A stretch of 31,996 bases of DNA from Tubiluchus corallicola (taxonomy: Eukaryota; Animalia; Priapulida): contig JAQGDQ010000786.1 of assembly GCA_030141605.1 (NCBI GenBank), positions 1 to 31,996 on the forward strand. Direction: 5' to 3'. This document shows, in pieces, positions 10,231-22,189 of the stretch (positions within the stretch are counted from its first letter, which is position 1; each line of letters begins with the position of its first letter). The translations under genes were made by a program, and so were the position numbers. Below the pieces are notes generated by a model. The model searched no databases. It was given only the letters and a program-made list of their open reading frames with translations, and was not told the origin of the DNA.

Positions 10231-11643
10231 ATTTGCCTCAAGTTACCGAAGATACCATAAATACCTATATGGGTCATTCTCCACAGAATGTACAATTTTT
10301 GTCCCAGGATAATTTTTTTAAATAACAAAGTTTCTGGTGCGATACTGTCTCATGACTGATAGACACCAAAGAAAGAGACTTATTCCAATTGTATTTGTTG
10401 CCAGAAAAGTGATTTGGACATTTCTACTGAAGCTGAAATCAGTTCCTGTGAAAGTTTTTCTTATGTCCCCAGTGCCCATTTTCAACTTTTCCATGACATT
10501 AGATTTGGCAGAAAGCATCCATTTAAAAATTAATTTGCAGTATTTTATTCTAAACAGCACACTAAAAGTGAAAATCCTCTTCCCAAATACTTTCAGAACT
10601 AGCAAATATTCCTGTTGCTTAGTTTCATGTGTGTCTCCGTGTTCATGTGTCATTCCTGTTACGTTGGTGGAAAAGTTGAGGCATGTACCACTGAATTGAC
10701 TCAACTGTTTTAAATATTTGTTAGCAGAGAGCACCACCTATTGTGATTTGATGTGATATAACTAAAGGTTACCTGTATAATTGGTATGGTAAGTCAGTAA
10801 TGCATAGTGCAGAGGCTTTACTACAGCAAAACCTTACATGAGGTTAGTATGAGGTTATAAGCATAGCCCATGGGACTGTGGGCAGATTGCCAAGTATGTA
10901 TAGTTTATTATTAACATGACTGATGATAGTAAGTTAAATTGTTGAGCGATGATAGTAACCTTCGTAGAAAAAATAATAATATTTTGCTCGGTGAGTTAAA
11001 GATCACACGAGAGGCATTATTAAGGGACATTTTTATTTTTGGCTGTGGGCAAATTGCCAAACTGTGGGCCTAATTGCCCATGAAAATTAACAACTTTTCT
11101 ATTATCAGTTATTGTACTGGAAATCTTGCATTGGCATGCTTGGCGGCCTTCGCTTGTTGTTGGCTTTGGCCACCTTGTGGTGATTTTTAGCCTAATCACA
11201 TGATCAATTTGATCTCGTCAGATCACAGTCAGAGGCCTACTGTGAAGTGAAGACGTGTCATAAGTTGATAAGATATTGTCGTTATCTGTTACAATTGCTC
11301 ATGATTTGGGCCTAATAACGTATGTATAGCCTCTAATTACTTTATAAAATTTAAATTTACTTTAAGATAACAGCTAGGTATTAATTAATATTACAGTGCA
11401 GTGTATAACTCTTCATTATGTAAAATTGACTTTTGGCTGTTATTATTTTTTGTTATTTTTGGCACTAATTTCTTATGTTTAGATGGAATGATATGTTTTG
11501 GCAAATAAACAGCAAAGAAATAGCAAAATTTAATCTAGCTTCAAATTTGGTTTTGAAAGCCCAAACAGTTATTATTATTATTATTACACAGTATTTATTG
11601 CATCTAGAATGAGCATGCTCTGTTATTATTGTTACAGATAATT

Positions 11644-12603
11644 ATGGAACACTTGAACGAAGTAACAAACAAAATCATGCATGCTTTTTCTCAGTTAACA
11701 CCGATTGGTTGGTTTTGGGTAGTGTACATCATTGCAGCGCTTATTCTTCTATGGCCTATGATCATTCTTGGCAACATGCCAAAGGGACTTCAAGACCTGA
11801 TCAGGTACGGAAAATTGAAAGTTCGTTTGGAAAACCGGCCGTATTTTCTGCGACTGTTGGACGTTCCGAAAAGGCGTTTCATACATTTCTACGTGATCGC
11901 CTGCATGTGGAACACGTTCTTGGCAGCGATGGTGTTTCGAGCTTACTTCCTTGGCAAGCCGCATCATCCACGCCTCTTCGCTGTCCTCGCTCTGTGTGGC
12001 GGAGAGCAGAGGTCGGAATCCATAGAAGCGACATCAGTTACGATAGCTATTTGTCTAATACTGATTCAGGTTTACCGCCGTCTGTACGAGTGTGCATTTG
12101 TCAGCATATACTCCGAATCGTCGATGAGCATCCTGATATATCTGATCGGGTGCTTCTTCTACATTGCGATCGGCCCTACGATTCTGTCGGAGGCTGAAGG
12201 GTTTAGTAAGTTGAAGCCGCTGCCTAAAGTTGATTTTGCTGTTCACTGGTGGCACGTGTTTGCCGTGTCGCTGTTCTTCTACGCAAGCTTGCATCATCAC
12301 CGTTCCCACGTCATCTTGGCAAACTTGCGTTTAGACGCACAAGGAAAAGTCATCACGTTGATTCATCGAATGCCCGACGGCGACTGGTTTCAACTGGTTT
12401 CGTGTCCGCACTTTTTCGCCGAAATTCTGATTTACATTGCAGTTGGGTTCGCGCTTGGTCTAGGATACACCATTTGGTGCCTCACTCTTTTGTTTGTCAT
12501 CGTTAATCAGACAGGAATGGGATTATTGACTCATCAGTGGTATAAAAACAAGTTTAAGAACTACCCAAAGTCGAGGAGAGCGATATTTCCCTACATACTG
12601 TAG
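11644..12603 (+). CDS. SRD5A3: Polyprenol/polyprenal reductase (steroid 5-alpha-reductase family, SRD5A3/DFG10 type), 319 aa, uninterrupted CDS
   Basis: Motifs RYGK, VPKRRFIHFY, QVYRRLYEC, HVILANLR, P.GDWFQLVSCPHFFAEILIY, THQWYKNKFKNYPKSRRAIFPYIL*. The first ATG is 11644 (attATGg); the ORF track used an upstream TTG. Acceptor-like ttattgttacAG at 11636-11637 suggests a 5'-UTR intron. Confidence 0.95.
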   Translation: MEHLNEVTNKIMHAFSQLTPIGWFWVVYIIAALILLWPMIILGNMPKGLQDLIRYGKLKVRLENRPYFLRLLDVPKRRFIHFYVIACMWNTFLAAMVFRAYFLGKPHHPRLFAVLALCGGEQRSESIEATSVTIAICLILIQVYRRLYECAFVSIYSESSMSILIYLIGCFFYIAIGPTILSEAEGFSKLKPLPKVDFAVHWWHVFAVSLFFYASLHHHRSHVILANLRLDAQGKVITLIHRMPDGDWFQLVSCPHFFAEILIYIAVGFALGLGYTIWCLTLLFVIVNQTGMGLLTHQWYKNKFKNYPKSRRAIFPYIL

Positions 12604-12934
12604 ACATAATCATTTGCTCATGTTCTTCCAACAGCAGTGGGAGAAATCTTCACTGTAAGAGACTGTACATTCCACATGTCAGTATTGTAGAGTGTATCAG
12701 ATGTTGAGATATTTACAGTTCTCATCCCACCAACGTTCAGTAACATGTCAGCAAAAATGCTGCAAAATTTTCAGTTAGCTGGTAAGTCTTTGTTGCCATA
12801 ATGTATGTGAATAATTCTGCTTTACATAGCCTTGTAAATAATAGAAACTACTAATTTAGGAAATCAAGCTGGATAAATTAATTTATTGTCTGTACCTCAC
12901 TAGTGCCGCCTGTGATCATTTACTATTTTAACGT

Positions 12935-13120
12935 ATTAAAAGGACGGTTGACCTGATGACCTTTTGGTCGGCTCTCTATCCCCTCTCCTTTTCACTCATT
13001 ACTAACAATCAGGCTTTATTTACCTGTATTCTATTCAACTGTTGCTCCCTTATAGACTGGAAGTTGTTACTGTACATTTGTAAATCGGAGAAAAATAAAT
13101 TTCAGTTCAATTCAATTCAA
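12935..13120 (+). mobile_element. Possible LINE/SINE 3' tail fragment ending in (TTCAA)n
   Basis: Small GACC-TTTT-GGTC stem, AATAAA at 13094 and a ttcagttcaattcaattcaa tail; aacgta occurs on both sides as a possible TSD. Confidence 0.35.
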
Positions 13121-16100
13121 CGTAAATAATAGAAGCCTGCATTTAGAAAACCCAGTACAAAAATCATCATTTCTATTGGCTGGTAATCAAAAGTGGCAAA
13201 CAGATGCCATCTGACAAGGTGAATTTTAAAAACAGTTGACGTCAAATACAACATACTTTTGTGAAGTTCAAGTTTTACGCAAAAACAGAAGGAAAATGCT
13301 TTAAGATTTTCTAATACGTTTCACTTTTTCTTCATTGTGTATAAAAGAGGAAATCGGGCGGGTGTGAAGGTGTCATTTCTGATGAAAGTCTAGAACTTTA
13401 TATCGCCCGTTATCGCAGCATCTGCACTCAATTTGGTTTTCACGTGTCATATTTCATTGTGTGGCATTGTTCACAAATTTACCGTCACAGAAACGACACG
13501 GTATCCAAGGAAGCTGTTGCTAGCACAGTTGTTTAATCTGTAATCTTTTTGAACATTCATGAGCAAAAAGGAAGAAAATGTTTTGGGGAAATGCAACTTC
13601 GAGGCCCGATTTCATTAGAAAGGAACCCAATCAAATCCTATTTGATTGTATCATTTTTTAGTGTTATACAAGTACTTGTATGTGTTAATAATGTAAAAAT
13701 TCCCAGAAAAATCAGAATTAATAACTAAAGGTGGTTTTTCCTTTTTTCTGTCTTTCTCAGTTACAGTACACGCAGTTACAAAACATCGAAAAATGGCAGA
13801 ATTTTATTTAACATAACGTAACTCATTCAGAACCACGTTTGCTGCATTTTGCATGGGTTCTTAAAAAATCTCACAAAGTAGCGATTACGTTATATTTGTT
13901 AAATGTTGTAAGTTTCTATTCCTCGCTCAATGGATTTTCATAATTATATATTTAGTTATAAAAATCACACAAAAATTATATAGGAAATGCATTTGTTTTT
14001 ACCTTACACAAATTAAAAATCGATTTTCGACGAGCAAATTGAAAAGAGGTGTCAGTTACTACATTGTTGGCACTGTAACAATGTACAGTATCACTTGTGT
14101 GAAATTGGCTAATGCAGAAAATTTCTTCCCCTGAGGGGAGAAATATGACGTCGTAATTGTGCGGTCTGAACAGTATTGCGGGATTTAAAATGAAAAACAA
14201 AAAATACTTTAATGTGAGTGCAATACACACAAAATTGCTACAAAGTAATCTAATTTTTTACGGTAATTTTTCTAAAACCACTTTAGGTACCCCTTCTTCT
14301 TCCTTCAAGACAGAAATACGTCAGTTACGAAGACGCGTTACACTAAAAACAACAAAACAGTCCGGAGTTGATGCACGAAAAATTTATTTAAAATCTGTTA
14401 AAATATAATTAAGAGACTTAAAATCCTGTCAATCAGACATTAATAATTTATTCTCAATAGCGATCAAAATGGTAACCTGATGGTTGACAATGCAGGGATG
14501 CAGAAATTCAATATCTGTTAATGACTGTTATACACCTGTTAATTACGTTAAGGTATAGACGTACTGTAATAGAAATGTGAAGTAATAAAACAAGACTAAA
14601 TGAACTGCAAACAGGCTACAATAGGCACATTGTTTCAGGGTTGTGTATGACTTAACAAGAAGCAATGAAGTACATATTAGGTAAATACCATAAAGACTAG
14701 CTAACTACATGTATATAGACAGCTTTTTTCTAAATAAAAAATGATTCCCAAATTTATATTTTTCCAAGAATCACAGATCAAAATCGCAAAGATCAATATT
14801 TTTGGGAAGGAAAATTGACTGTCCTCTCTTTAGCAACGATGCACGGGTTCACTTTTTGACACCTCTAGAGTCGAGAATGAATGATTCCTCAGTTTCGTGA
14901 CAACAGAAAGCTGAGTGAATCAATACAATCCAAGAATGTTAAGGAATCTGTCACAAGAAGTTAACAATGTCAAGAGTTCGGGCGGTGATTTGACCGTTTG
15001 TGAAGCAGTGAGCAGTCAGTGAGCGTGAATGGTTTGACCAGTTAGTTAGACATATTTAGGGCCCATTCAATAAAAACAAACTGCAGAAAGTATTCCAGCT
15101 TCCAGATTTGAACCGGGAGCCGCAAAATGATAGTTAAGGAGTAAGTCGACAGTCCTTGAGAGTAGGTCTGCAAAACTTCGCGGGACAAAGATCCACGACT
15201 TCGCAGAACCGAACAGCTCTGTACCCCATAATAACTCATCAACCATTGCACAGACGGACATGACTACACCAAATGATTATGTTTTCAAACAATAGAAGGC
15301 AGTACAGTCGGGAAGACATTGTGAACACACTGATAAGGCATTTCAACAAGATCATTCACTTTGTCTTGTGAGAAAATGGAGAAAAAATGCAACTTACATA
15401 AAACCTGCAGCTACGAACATCCATTCATTCATAACAGCAGTATTAAAGATGCACTATGTATATGAAAAACTATAATTATAATAATACAATCTCCATAAAT
15501 ATAAACGAGCTTATAGTAAATCACAGTATGAGGTAAAATAGTACGTGTGATACGAAATAGTCAATAATACATTATCACAAGTAAAAATTATCATTTATAA
15601 TCGGTCCTGGGAGGTTTTTTAAGGCAACTCTTTTTTGCACTGCGAAACTTTCTAAACGGCTTATCGTTAAAAAATATAGTTGCTTAAGCGAACAAAGTGA
15701 AGAAAAATCTAATTAATGTGAATGTAAATTAATTAAAATTCAAAGTAAAGTGATTTTTAAAACATTCTTTAGCTTAAGGTAAAATCGCAAATGTGTCATA
15801 TGCAAAAGTACTTAGTAGTGAATCACTAACCAACTTAAAGTATGTTACTAACTTTATATGATGTTACTAACAGTTACTAAGTCACTAACTTTACTCTATA
15901 TAACGTTTTAAAGCATGAAAGAAAACACTAAAATGGCATGCAGAAGTGAGCAGTGGACAGTGGTCATTTTCGTAGTAGAATTACGCAAGATATAGATCAA
16001 TATAAATGTATATATAATATATAATAGAACTTATAGATATACATGATAGTAAGTTATTAAACCACGACAAAGCACTCCACGTACACAATGAAGCAAAAAT

Positions 16101-16158
16101 CAATAACACAGGAGAAAAACGACTTTTTTCAAGCCATTCTGACTTCACCACACTTCAA

Positions 16159-16588
16159 AAGTAAACCCTCGTTATAACAAACTTCGGATGTAATGGACGA
16201 TTTTTGCCCTCCGTTCTGCTTAACATTAGTAAAGGTCAAAAACTGCCCAAAATGATAGCATTTCTCAAAAACGGTGACCTTGGGTCAGCAGGTAACGTAC
16301 CAGTAGTCAGGATGAAACAATTACTCATTCACTTTGCTATATATTGTTTACCTCACGATAAAGGTATACTCATTCTGCCTTGTAGAGGTTTACCGGTTTG
16401 TTTTCTGCAAAAAGACATGCTGCATATGTCTCATCAGTTACTATGGACTACGTTTGCCCATATTAGTACGAACAATATTAGGGTCTTCACTAGCATGCTG
16501 GGGCCAGCAGCAAGGAACTTAACTCCTAAACAGCAAGCTGCTGCTGGCCCATCAGAAGCCCACAGTCCGTTAAGACGAGGGTTTGCTG
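16159..16588. mobile_element. Degenerate pogo/Tigger-like MITE
   Basis: Left AAGTAAACCCTCGTTATAACAAACT versus reverse complement of the right end CAGCAAACCCTCGTCTTAACGGACT. Confidence 0.55.
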
Positions 16589-17725
16589 AAATCACATTTG
16601 TGAAACGCCAACTACAATAACTCTAGCAAGTTTGCTAATTCATTGCAAGTAAAAATATTAACGCTAAATACATGTCATACTCATAAGCAGTGCTGCTAGT
16701 GCAAACTGTTAAACCTGCAATGAAACTGAATTCAGATCTTTTAATTAAATACGTATTAGTAAAAGATTAAAGTGCTACAGAAAACAAAACACTTAAATTT
16801 TCTATCAAGTGGTGGCTCGCAGCTAAAATTAGCGGGGGTGCTGCTTCAGAAAATTTAGACGTGGCAACTGACCACAAACTGTGTGAGGGACAGTACTTTC
16901 TCCACCTAGGCACAGACATGGCCGCATGCGCTTAACAGCGCAACACCGCACTGTGCTGGGCTGTGAAGCAAACCATACTACCCTCACATGCTCTGGTTCC
17001 GTACAAAAAACTAAAGAAAAAACACTTATTATATTGAATATAATCAACAATATCGAATGAAAATAGAGTGCACTGCAGTTCCACATTACCTATACACGAG
17101 CCACCATTATTCACCACCAAAAAATGTAACATAACGAACATCAAAGTTTACACACAATGTACGCAATGCAAGTGTGTGGTTATTTTTATCCATTTTTACT
17201 AGCAATACGTTCGTTGTAAGTTCATGTCCAGACATGTCCACCTGATAAGTTCATAGCGCAAACATGACTAATGACAAAAGCGTAATAATGAAAACAGGAA
17301 AAGAAATAATAGTAATGCTTTAAATTTGCTAGTTGCAAGTATTCTAATAGAAATCGTAAAGTTAACAATCCATATATAAAAAATTTGCACAAAATCACTG
17401 CTATCTTCAGCTTCGTGAAATTAATATATTATCTTTGGTAAGCGGAGACTAGACAGAATAATTACGGTGAAGTACACAGCTTATTATTACGAAGCTTATT
17501 AAGTTCAAAGATCGTTATTCCCTTACATGAACATTTTGCTCCACATAAGCCATCAAGCACTCAAAAGAGGATAATCAACAACTTCGGAAAATCAGGAAAT
17601 TAGTTCCTGAACTTAACAGCTTGACCAGAATGCCACCAGGAAAGCTTATTAAATAGACCAGGTGTTCTTTGTAGCAATGAATTCTCAGCTGAATCACCCA
17701 GTCACGTGTAAGATGGTTTTTTTCT

Positions 17726-17858
17726 TCAGTAGATGTAACCTGTTCCGGATGTCTGATAGAATCCACCTTCGTCGGGAGAAGACAAGTCACTCTTTTCCTC
17801 CTCTTCGAAGTACCTAGGGCCTCCGTAGTGGTGAATCTCATCTTCACTTGGTTCATAT
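17726..17858 (-). CDS. TMEM63: TMEM63/CSC1-like channel, predicted last coding exon
   Basis: Acceptor ttttttgttatatacAG, phase 2. (R)YEPSEDEIHHYGGPRYFEEEEKSDLSSPDEGGFYQTSGTGYIY*; phase matches the previous exon. Called on splice signals and frame only, not homology. Confidence 0.7.
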
Positions 17859-18090
17859 CTGTATATAACAAAAAAATTCACAAGTTAAATTCTATTACTT
17901 AGCTCAACAACCCCTGCTGTCTATAATTTGTGTCATCAGCGGGTCGATGATATGCATATGTGCAGTCGTGTGTGCATACACAATGCTTCTATGCTTTGTA
18001 ATTTCTCTTATAATACTTAGAATCCCACAATAAAAAAATATTAGAAACAACAGAAGGAGCTTACAAATCCCCACATAATATAAATACTCC

Positions 18091-18805
18091 AACCCTAACC
18101 CTAACCCTAATCTCAAATCTAACCCTAACTCTAACCCCAACCCTAACCCTAACTCTAACCAAACCCTAACCCTAACCCTAATCTCAAACCTAACCCTAAC
18201 TCTAACCCCAACCCTAACCCTAACTCTAACCAAACCCTAACTCTAACTAAGCCCTAACCCTAACTCTAACCCCAACCCTAATCCCAGCCTAACCCTAATC
18301 CCAACTCTAACCAAACCCTAACTCTAACCCCAAACCTAGCCTTAACCCCAACCCTAATCCCAGCCTAACCCTAATCCCAACCTCAACACTAACCCTAACT
18401 CTAACCAAACCCTAACTCCAACCCTAACCCTAACTCTAACCCCAACCCTAACCCTAACTCTAACCCCAACCCTAACCCTAACTCTAACCCCAACTCTAAC
18501 CAAACCCTAACCCTAACACTAGCCTTAACCCTAACCTTAATCCTAACCCTAACCCTAACTCTAACCCCAACCCTAATTGCAACCCCAACTCTAACCAAAC
18601 CCCAACCCCAACTCTAACCAAACCCCAACCCCAACTCTAACCAAACCCTAACCCTAACTCTAACCCCAACCCTAACCCTAACAAAACCTTAAATGTAACT
18701 CTAACCCCAACCCTAACCTTAATCCTAACCCCAACCAAACCTTAAATGTAACTCTAACCCCAACCCTAACCCTAACTCTAACCCCAACCTAATCCTAATC
18801 TTAAT
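18091..18805 (-). repeat. Degenerate telomere-like (TTAGGG)n tract inside a TMEM63 intron
   Basis: About 700 bp of CCCTAA with CTCTAA, CCCCAA and CCTTAA variants on +. This explains the VRVRVR/LGLGLE ORFs. Confidence 0.95.
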
Positions 18806-18876
18806 CTGCTGCACTTCCTGTGTGTGCGGAACTATAAACTTTAACTGAAACATCATTGATACATGGAAACCATTAC

Positions 18877-19086
18877 CTGTCTCTGTACCTCGGTGCTGAG
18901 GCATGACTGGAGTGCTTAAAGTAACCTTCTTCCTCGTAGTCTGTAGAGCTGTGGTAAAGACCCTTACTAGATTCCAAACTACCCACGTGGTTCTCGGCTC
19001 CCGATTCCAGGCTCTCCTTTCCGGTCCCGTACATTTCGAAATGTTCGTCAGCATCGCTTCTGTGACTGCGAGCTTCATTGGGACCA
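18877..19086 (-). CDS. TMEM63: TMEM63 C-terminal tail exon
   Basis: Acceptor ttcctctttctggcAG, donor GTAATG, 210 nt, phase 2 to 2, open: (G)GPNEARSHRSDADEHFEMYGTGKES...YEEEGYFKHSSHASAPRYRD(R). Confidence 0.72.
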
Positions 19087-19631
19087 CTGCCAGAAAGAGG
19101 AATGTAAGATCAGTGACAAGTTTACAATGTGCACAAAGTTTGAGCAAATGATTCAAGAACCCAGTACACTGACAAAAAATCAATAAACCATCCCAGCATT
19201 TCACTTAGACATAAAAATCCCAAATTTAGGAGAAAGGCAAATAGCTCAACAGTCACGGTGTGTGCTTGACAACAAGAGTTAAGAATCTTGACAACAAGAA
19301 AGGGGCAGATCAGTGAAGAAGTGCGGTCTCGATCTATCTGGTTTTTGCCGTGCCAATTCGACTGTTTACCTTGTACCTGGGAGGATGAAATTACCTCTCA
19401 ACATGGCTGACATCTCTGCTGGTGGTTCAGTGTTTCATCTGGGAGAGCATGCCTTGATTAACAAGGTTCCAATCCCTCCACAAGCCTCAACATTAAGTAC
19501 AACCACTAAATATTGGATTCTTGTTGGCAAAATGCCAAACAGTACGAAAAATTTAAACTTTTACTCAAATTTGTTGAGATTGTGTTAAAATTTCCAGAAG
19601 TTATGAAACTGCACAATTTCAAGTAGCTTAC

Positions 19632-19768
19632 CCGTAGTGGGTGCTGCCATCTACCATGCTGCGTTGAGCCGTAACGTTTGGCGGACTGTCTATCGTACCG
19701 TACGAATCACGTGAAAAGCTGTGACTAGAGTAATCTTCGCCTTTGCGCATTACTGGCGACAAGAACTC
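19632..19768 (-). CDS. TMEM63: TMEM63 C-terminal tail exon
   Basis: Acceptor ttgtcttgacAG, donor GTAAGC. EFLSPVMRKGEDYSSHSFSRDSYGTIDSPPNVTAQRSMVDGSTHY(G); a YGT-like motif occurs in TMEM63 tails. Confidence 0.8.
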
Positions 19769-19781
19769 CTGTCAAGACAAA

Positions 19782-20000
19782 GGTTTCAAAGAATACTGCT
19801 ATTGAAACAACAATGGTTCAAAAATACTGCTATTCAAACAGCAATGATTCAAAGAACACTACTATTGAAACAACAATGATTCAAAGAACACTACTATTGA
19901 AACAAAATGGTTCAAAGAACACCGCTATTTGAAACAAAAAATGTTTCAAAGAACATTACTATAGAAGCAATGGTTTCAAGAGCACCGCAAATGAAACAAC
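19782..20000. repeat. 31-32-bp minisatellite, about 7 copies
   Basis: Unit close to TCAAAGAACACTACTATTGAAACAACAATGGT, starting at 19786, 19818, 19849, 19881 and 19912. Confidence 0.85.
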
Positions 20001-20422
20001 AATTAAAATTTTAAAACTTGAACAAACATTTTACAGTTTTATAATAAGCAAAAATAACAGAAACACCATATTAACTGACAGCAAATTATGAATATGTGCT
20101 AAAATGTTTGCTCCGGAAAACTATTAAAGTCATCTGTGTAAACACAAAGCTGAGCGAAAAATCATATTTTCTCTTTGACTAAAAACAGAATCTAACAGAC
20201 CAGTTATGACTAATGAAACTGATTAAATTGTTTAAAGATAAATTTGCTTGAAACTCGAGTACATTCTTACATAAATATAACGTAAAAGTTTAAATAAGTT
20301 TCCCTGTGACCGTATACTTGAAACAACCATTGCTTTGTAATTGTGAATTTTTTCCCGCTATTATCTTTTCGTGTCATAGTCATTCAGAATTGCAGTTCAT
20401 CTGCTGAACGGTTTTCACTTAC

Positions 20423-20503
20423 CCCAGGTATAGGCTCGTGCTGTGAGGGTTTTCCTGCGGGGCCGTCATCAATGGGACTAGCATCATCTTCATTCTCAAA
20501 TTT
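20423..20503 (-). CDS. TMEM63: TMEM63 exon after the last TM helix
   Basis: Acceptor cactgttgtAG, donor GTAAGT, 81 nt, phase 0 to 0: KFENEDDASPIDDGPAGKPSQHEPIPG. Confidence 0.8.
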
Positions 20504-21099
20504 CTACAACAGTGAAGCTGCCACATATTACACGGTCTCTAACTTGTTTCACAGCTACGTGCATAATTTAAGTTTGGATAATATAACTTTTCCAAACAAG
20601 ACACTATGTTTAAGACATTTTTATACAGTTTAGCAACATGCAAGATAAGCTGCAGCACTCTTGGCAGGACCAGTACTTTGCTCATTCAAAAGAATATACC
20701 ACAAAGAATGGGTACTGAGGCAGTGGTATACTAGTTGCCATTCATTATATCCTTCACTAAAATACCCAGTAGCATCACAAAATTTAAAACCACCTAGAAG
20801 CAGTTTTACAGCCAATCACTCAATCAATTACTGATCCGGTTCAACGTCACTTAACTGCAATCACTAAACATGCGTATTTTCACAGCTGGTACTTGATTAA
20901 GCTGAAAACTCTTAGCATCGCTATACATCACTTAATATCAGATTTTTTTAAATTGTAGTTACCGCTCTTTATATTTGCATGACTGTATTTAATTCTTGCA
21001 CCAATACTCAAACAAGATCAATTTTAATCAGTATACCGTACAGAGAAACTGAAATTTCAGACATTAAATCTACTTCGTCAAATAATTGTGAAGCCGTAC

Positions 21100-21224
21100 C
21101 CTGTACTCGGTGCTGGATTCTCCGGGGAATAATTTAGAGAACCATCCGAACAGCAACCATCCCAGATAAACAACCAGGGTAGCAAATATGGAGCATCCCA
21201 GAAAGAGGGTTTGCCCTACGCTAG
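21100..21224 (-). CDS. TMEM63: TMEM63 exon encoding the last TM helix
   Basis: Acceptor tttgcttttcAG, donor GTACGG. SVGQTLFLGCSIFATLVVYLGWLLFGWFSKLFPGESSTEYR corresponds to the TMEM63 ...VCFGHFKYLS..NY segment. Confidence 0.8.
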
Positions 21225-22189
21225 CTGAAAAGCAAAGTTTAGAGTAAAAGTAGCAAAACACAATTTAATAGCTATACATGACAAAGCATTTCCAGACTTA
21301 CAATGGAAGTTTAGCAAAAATATATGGACATAATAAAACATTTCAATTATCAAACACCAGAAGGCAGCACAAAACGGGAAACAGGAGATCACAGACTTCT
21401 GAGTATTGACCATGTTATATGTGTGCTTCATAGCAAAATCGTCCATAAGTTGATCATTAGCTTTTCTAGTTATTCACATAGCCTGACTCACCATTTCATG
21501 AGGATCATTTTGATACTAAGCTCATTGCTGTATGGTATTTCTAAGCTCAGATAATCCACGTTGAAGATGAGGTACAAGCTATACACTTAAAAACGTAACT
21601 TTGAGAAGACTGATGCTAAAGAAACCCATTGTTTTTTTTTTGTCGCGTTTCTACAAAACATTTAGAAACCACACAAATGCATTCTACTTTGAAGCATTAT
21701 AACGTAGTTTTAACTATGCCGACTTATGGGCGGTTTTGATTTGCAAGCACACACACACATATAAAGTTTGTTAGCACGCCATAAACGCTTACGACACACT
21801 GCACATTGTTAAAACACCACAAGCAGTTTAGGTATAAACACAGTTATATAGCAAAACACGATTATTATCGTAATGTTTGATCATTTGAGGCGCAGAAGCC
21901 GTACAAAAAAGAGACTATGCAATAATTGTTAATTATACTACAATTTAGATACAAAACAAACACAAACGTTTCAACAAATTGTGCATTTAAAACTTTCATT
22001 ACAGCGAAGCTGAGCTGACCACTGCTGGTCACTGTTAAGGTCACAGATTCTTGAAAAAAAAACTAATTTCAAAAAAGAATGATGAGTGATCAGATTTCAT
22101 TCAGCACATGCAAAAATTAGTAACATTTTATCGTGTTTTAATGAATTTCATTTTACAGTTACTAATGTTACTTTTTGGTAATGTAGTTA

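Noticed and set aside
10270-11085. Overlapping 120-139-aa ORFs and TGTGGGCA.ATTGCC repeats
   Set aside because: No recognisable protein. It may be a DNA-transposon remnant, but I could not define TIRs or a TSD.
11709-12506. Alternative-frame and antisense ORFs within SRD5A3
   Set aside because: Expected shadows of a GC-richer CDS.
12950-13400. CTGATGA motifs as hammerhead ribozyme cores (12953, 13378)
   Set aside because: The required GAAA after stem II and the other stems are absent.
15042-15261. Short minus-strand ORFs downstream of TMEM63
   Set aside because: No homology or convincing splice context; probably 3' UTR or intergenic.
17904-18598. VR/GL dipeptide-repeat ORFs
   Set aside because: Translations of the TTAGGG tract, with no true ATG start or exon signals.
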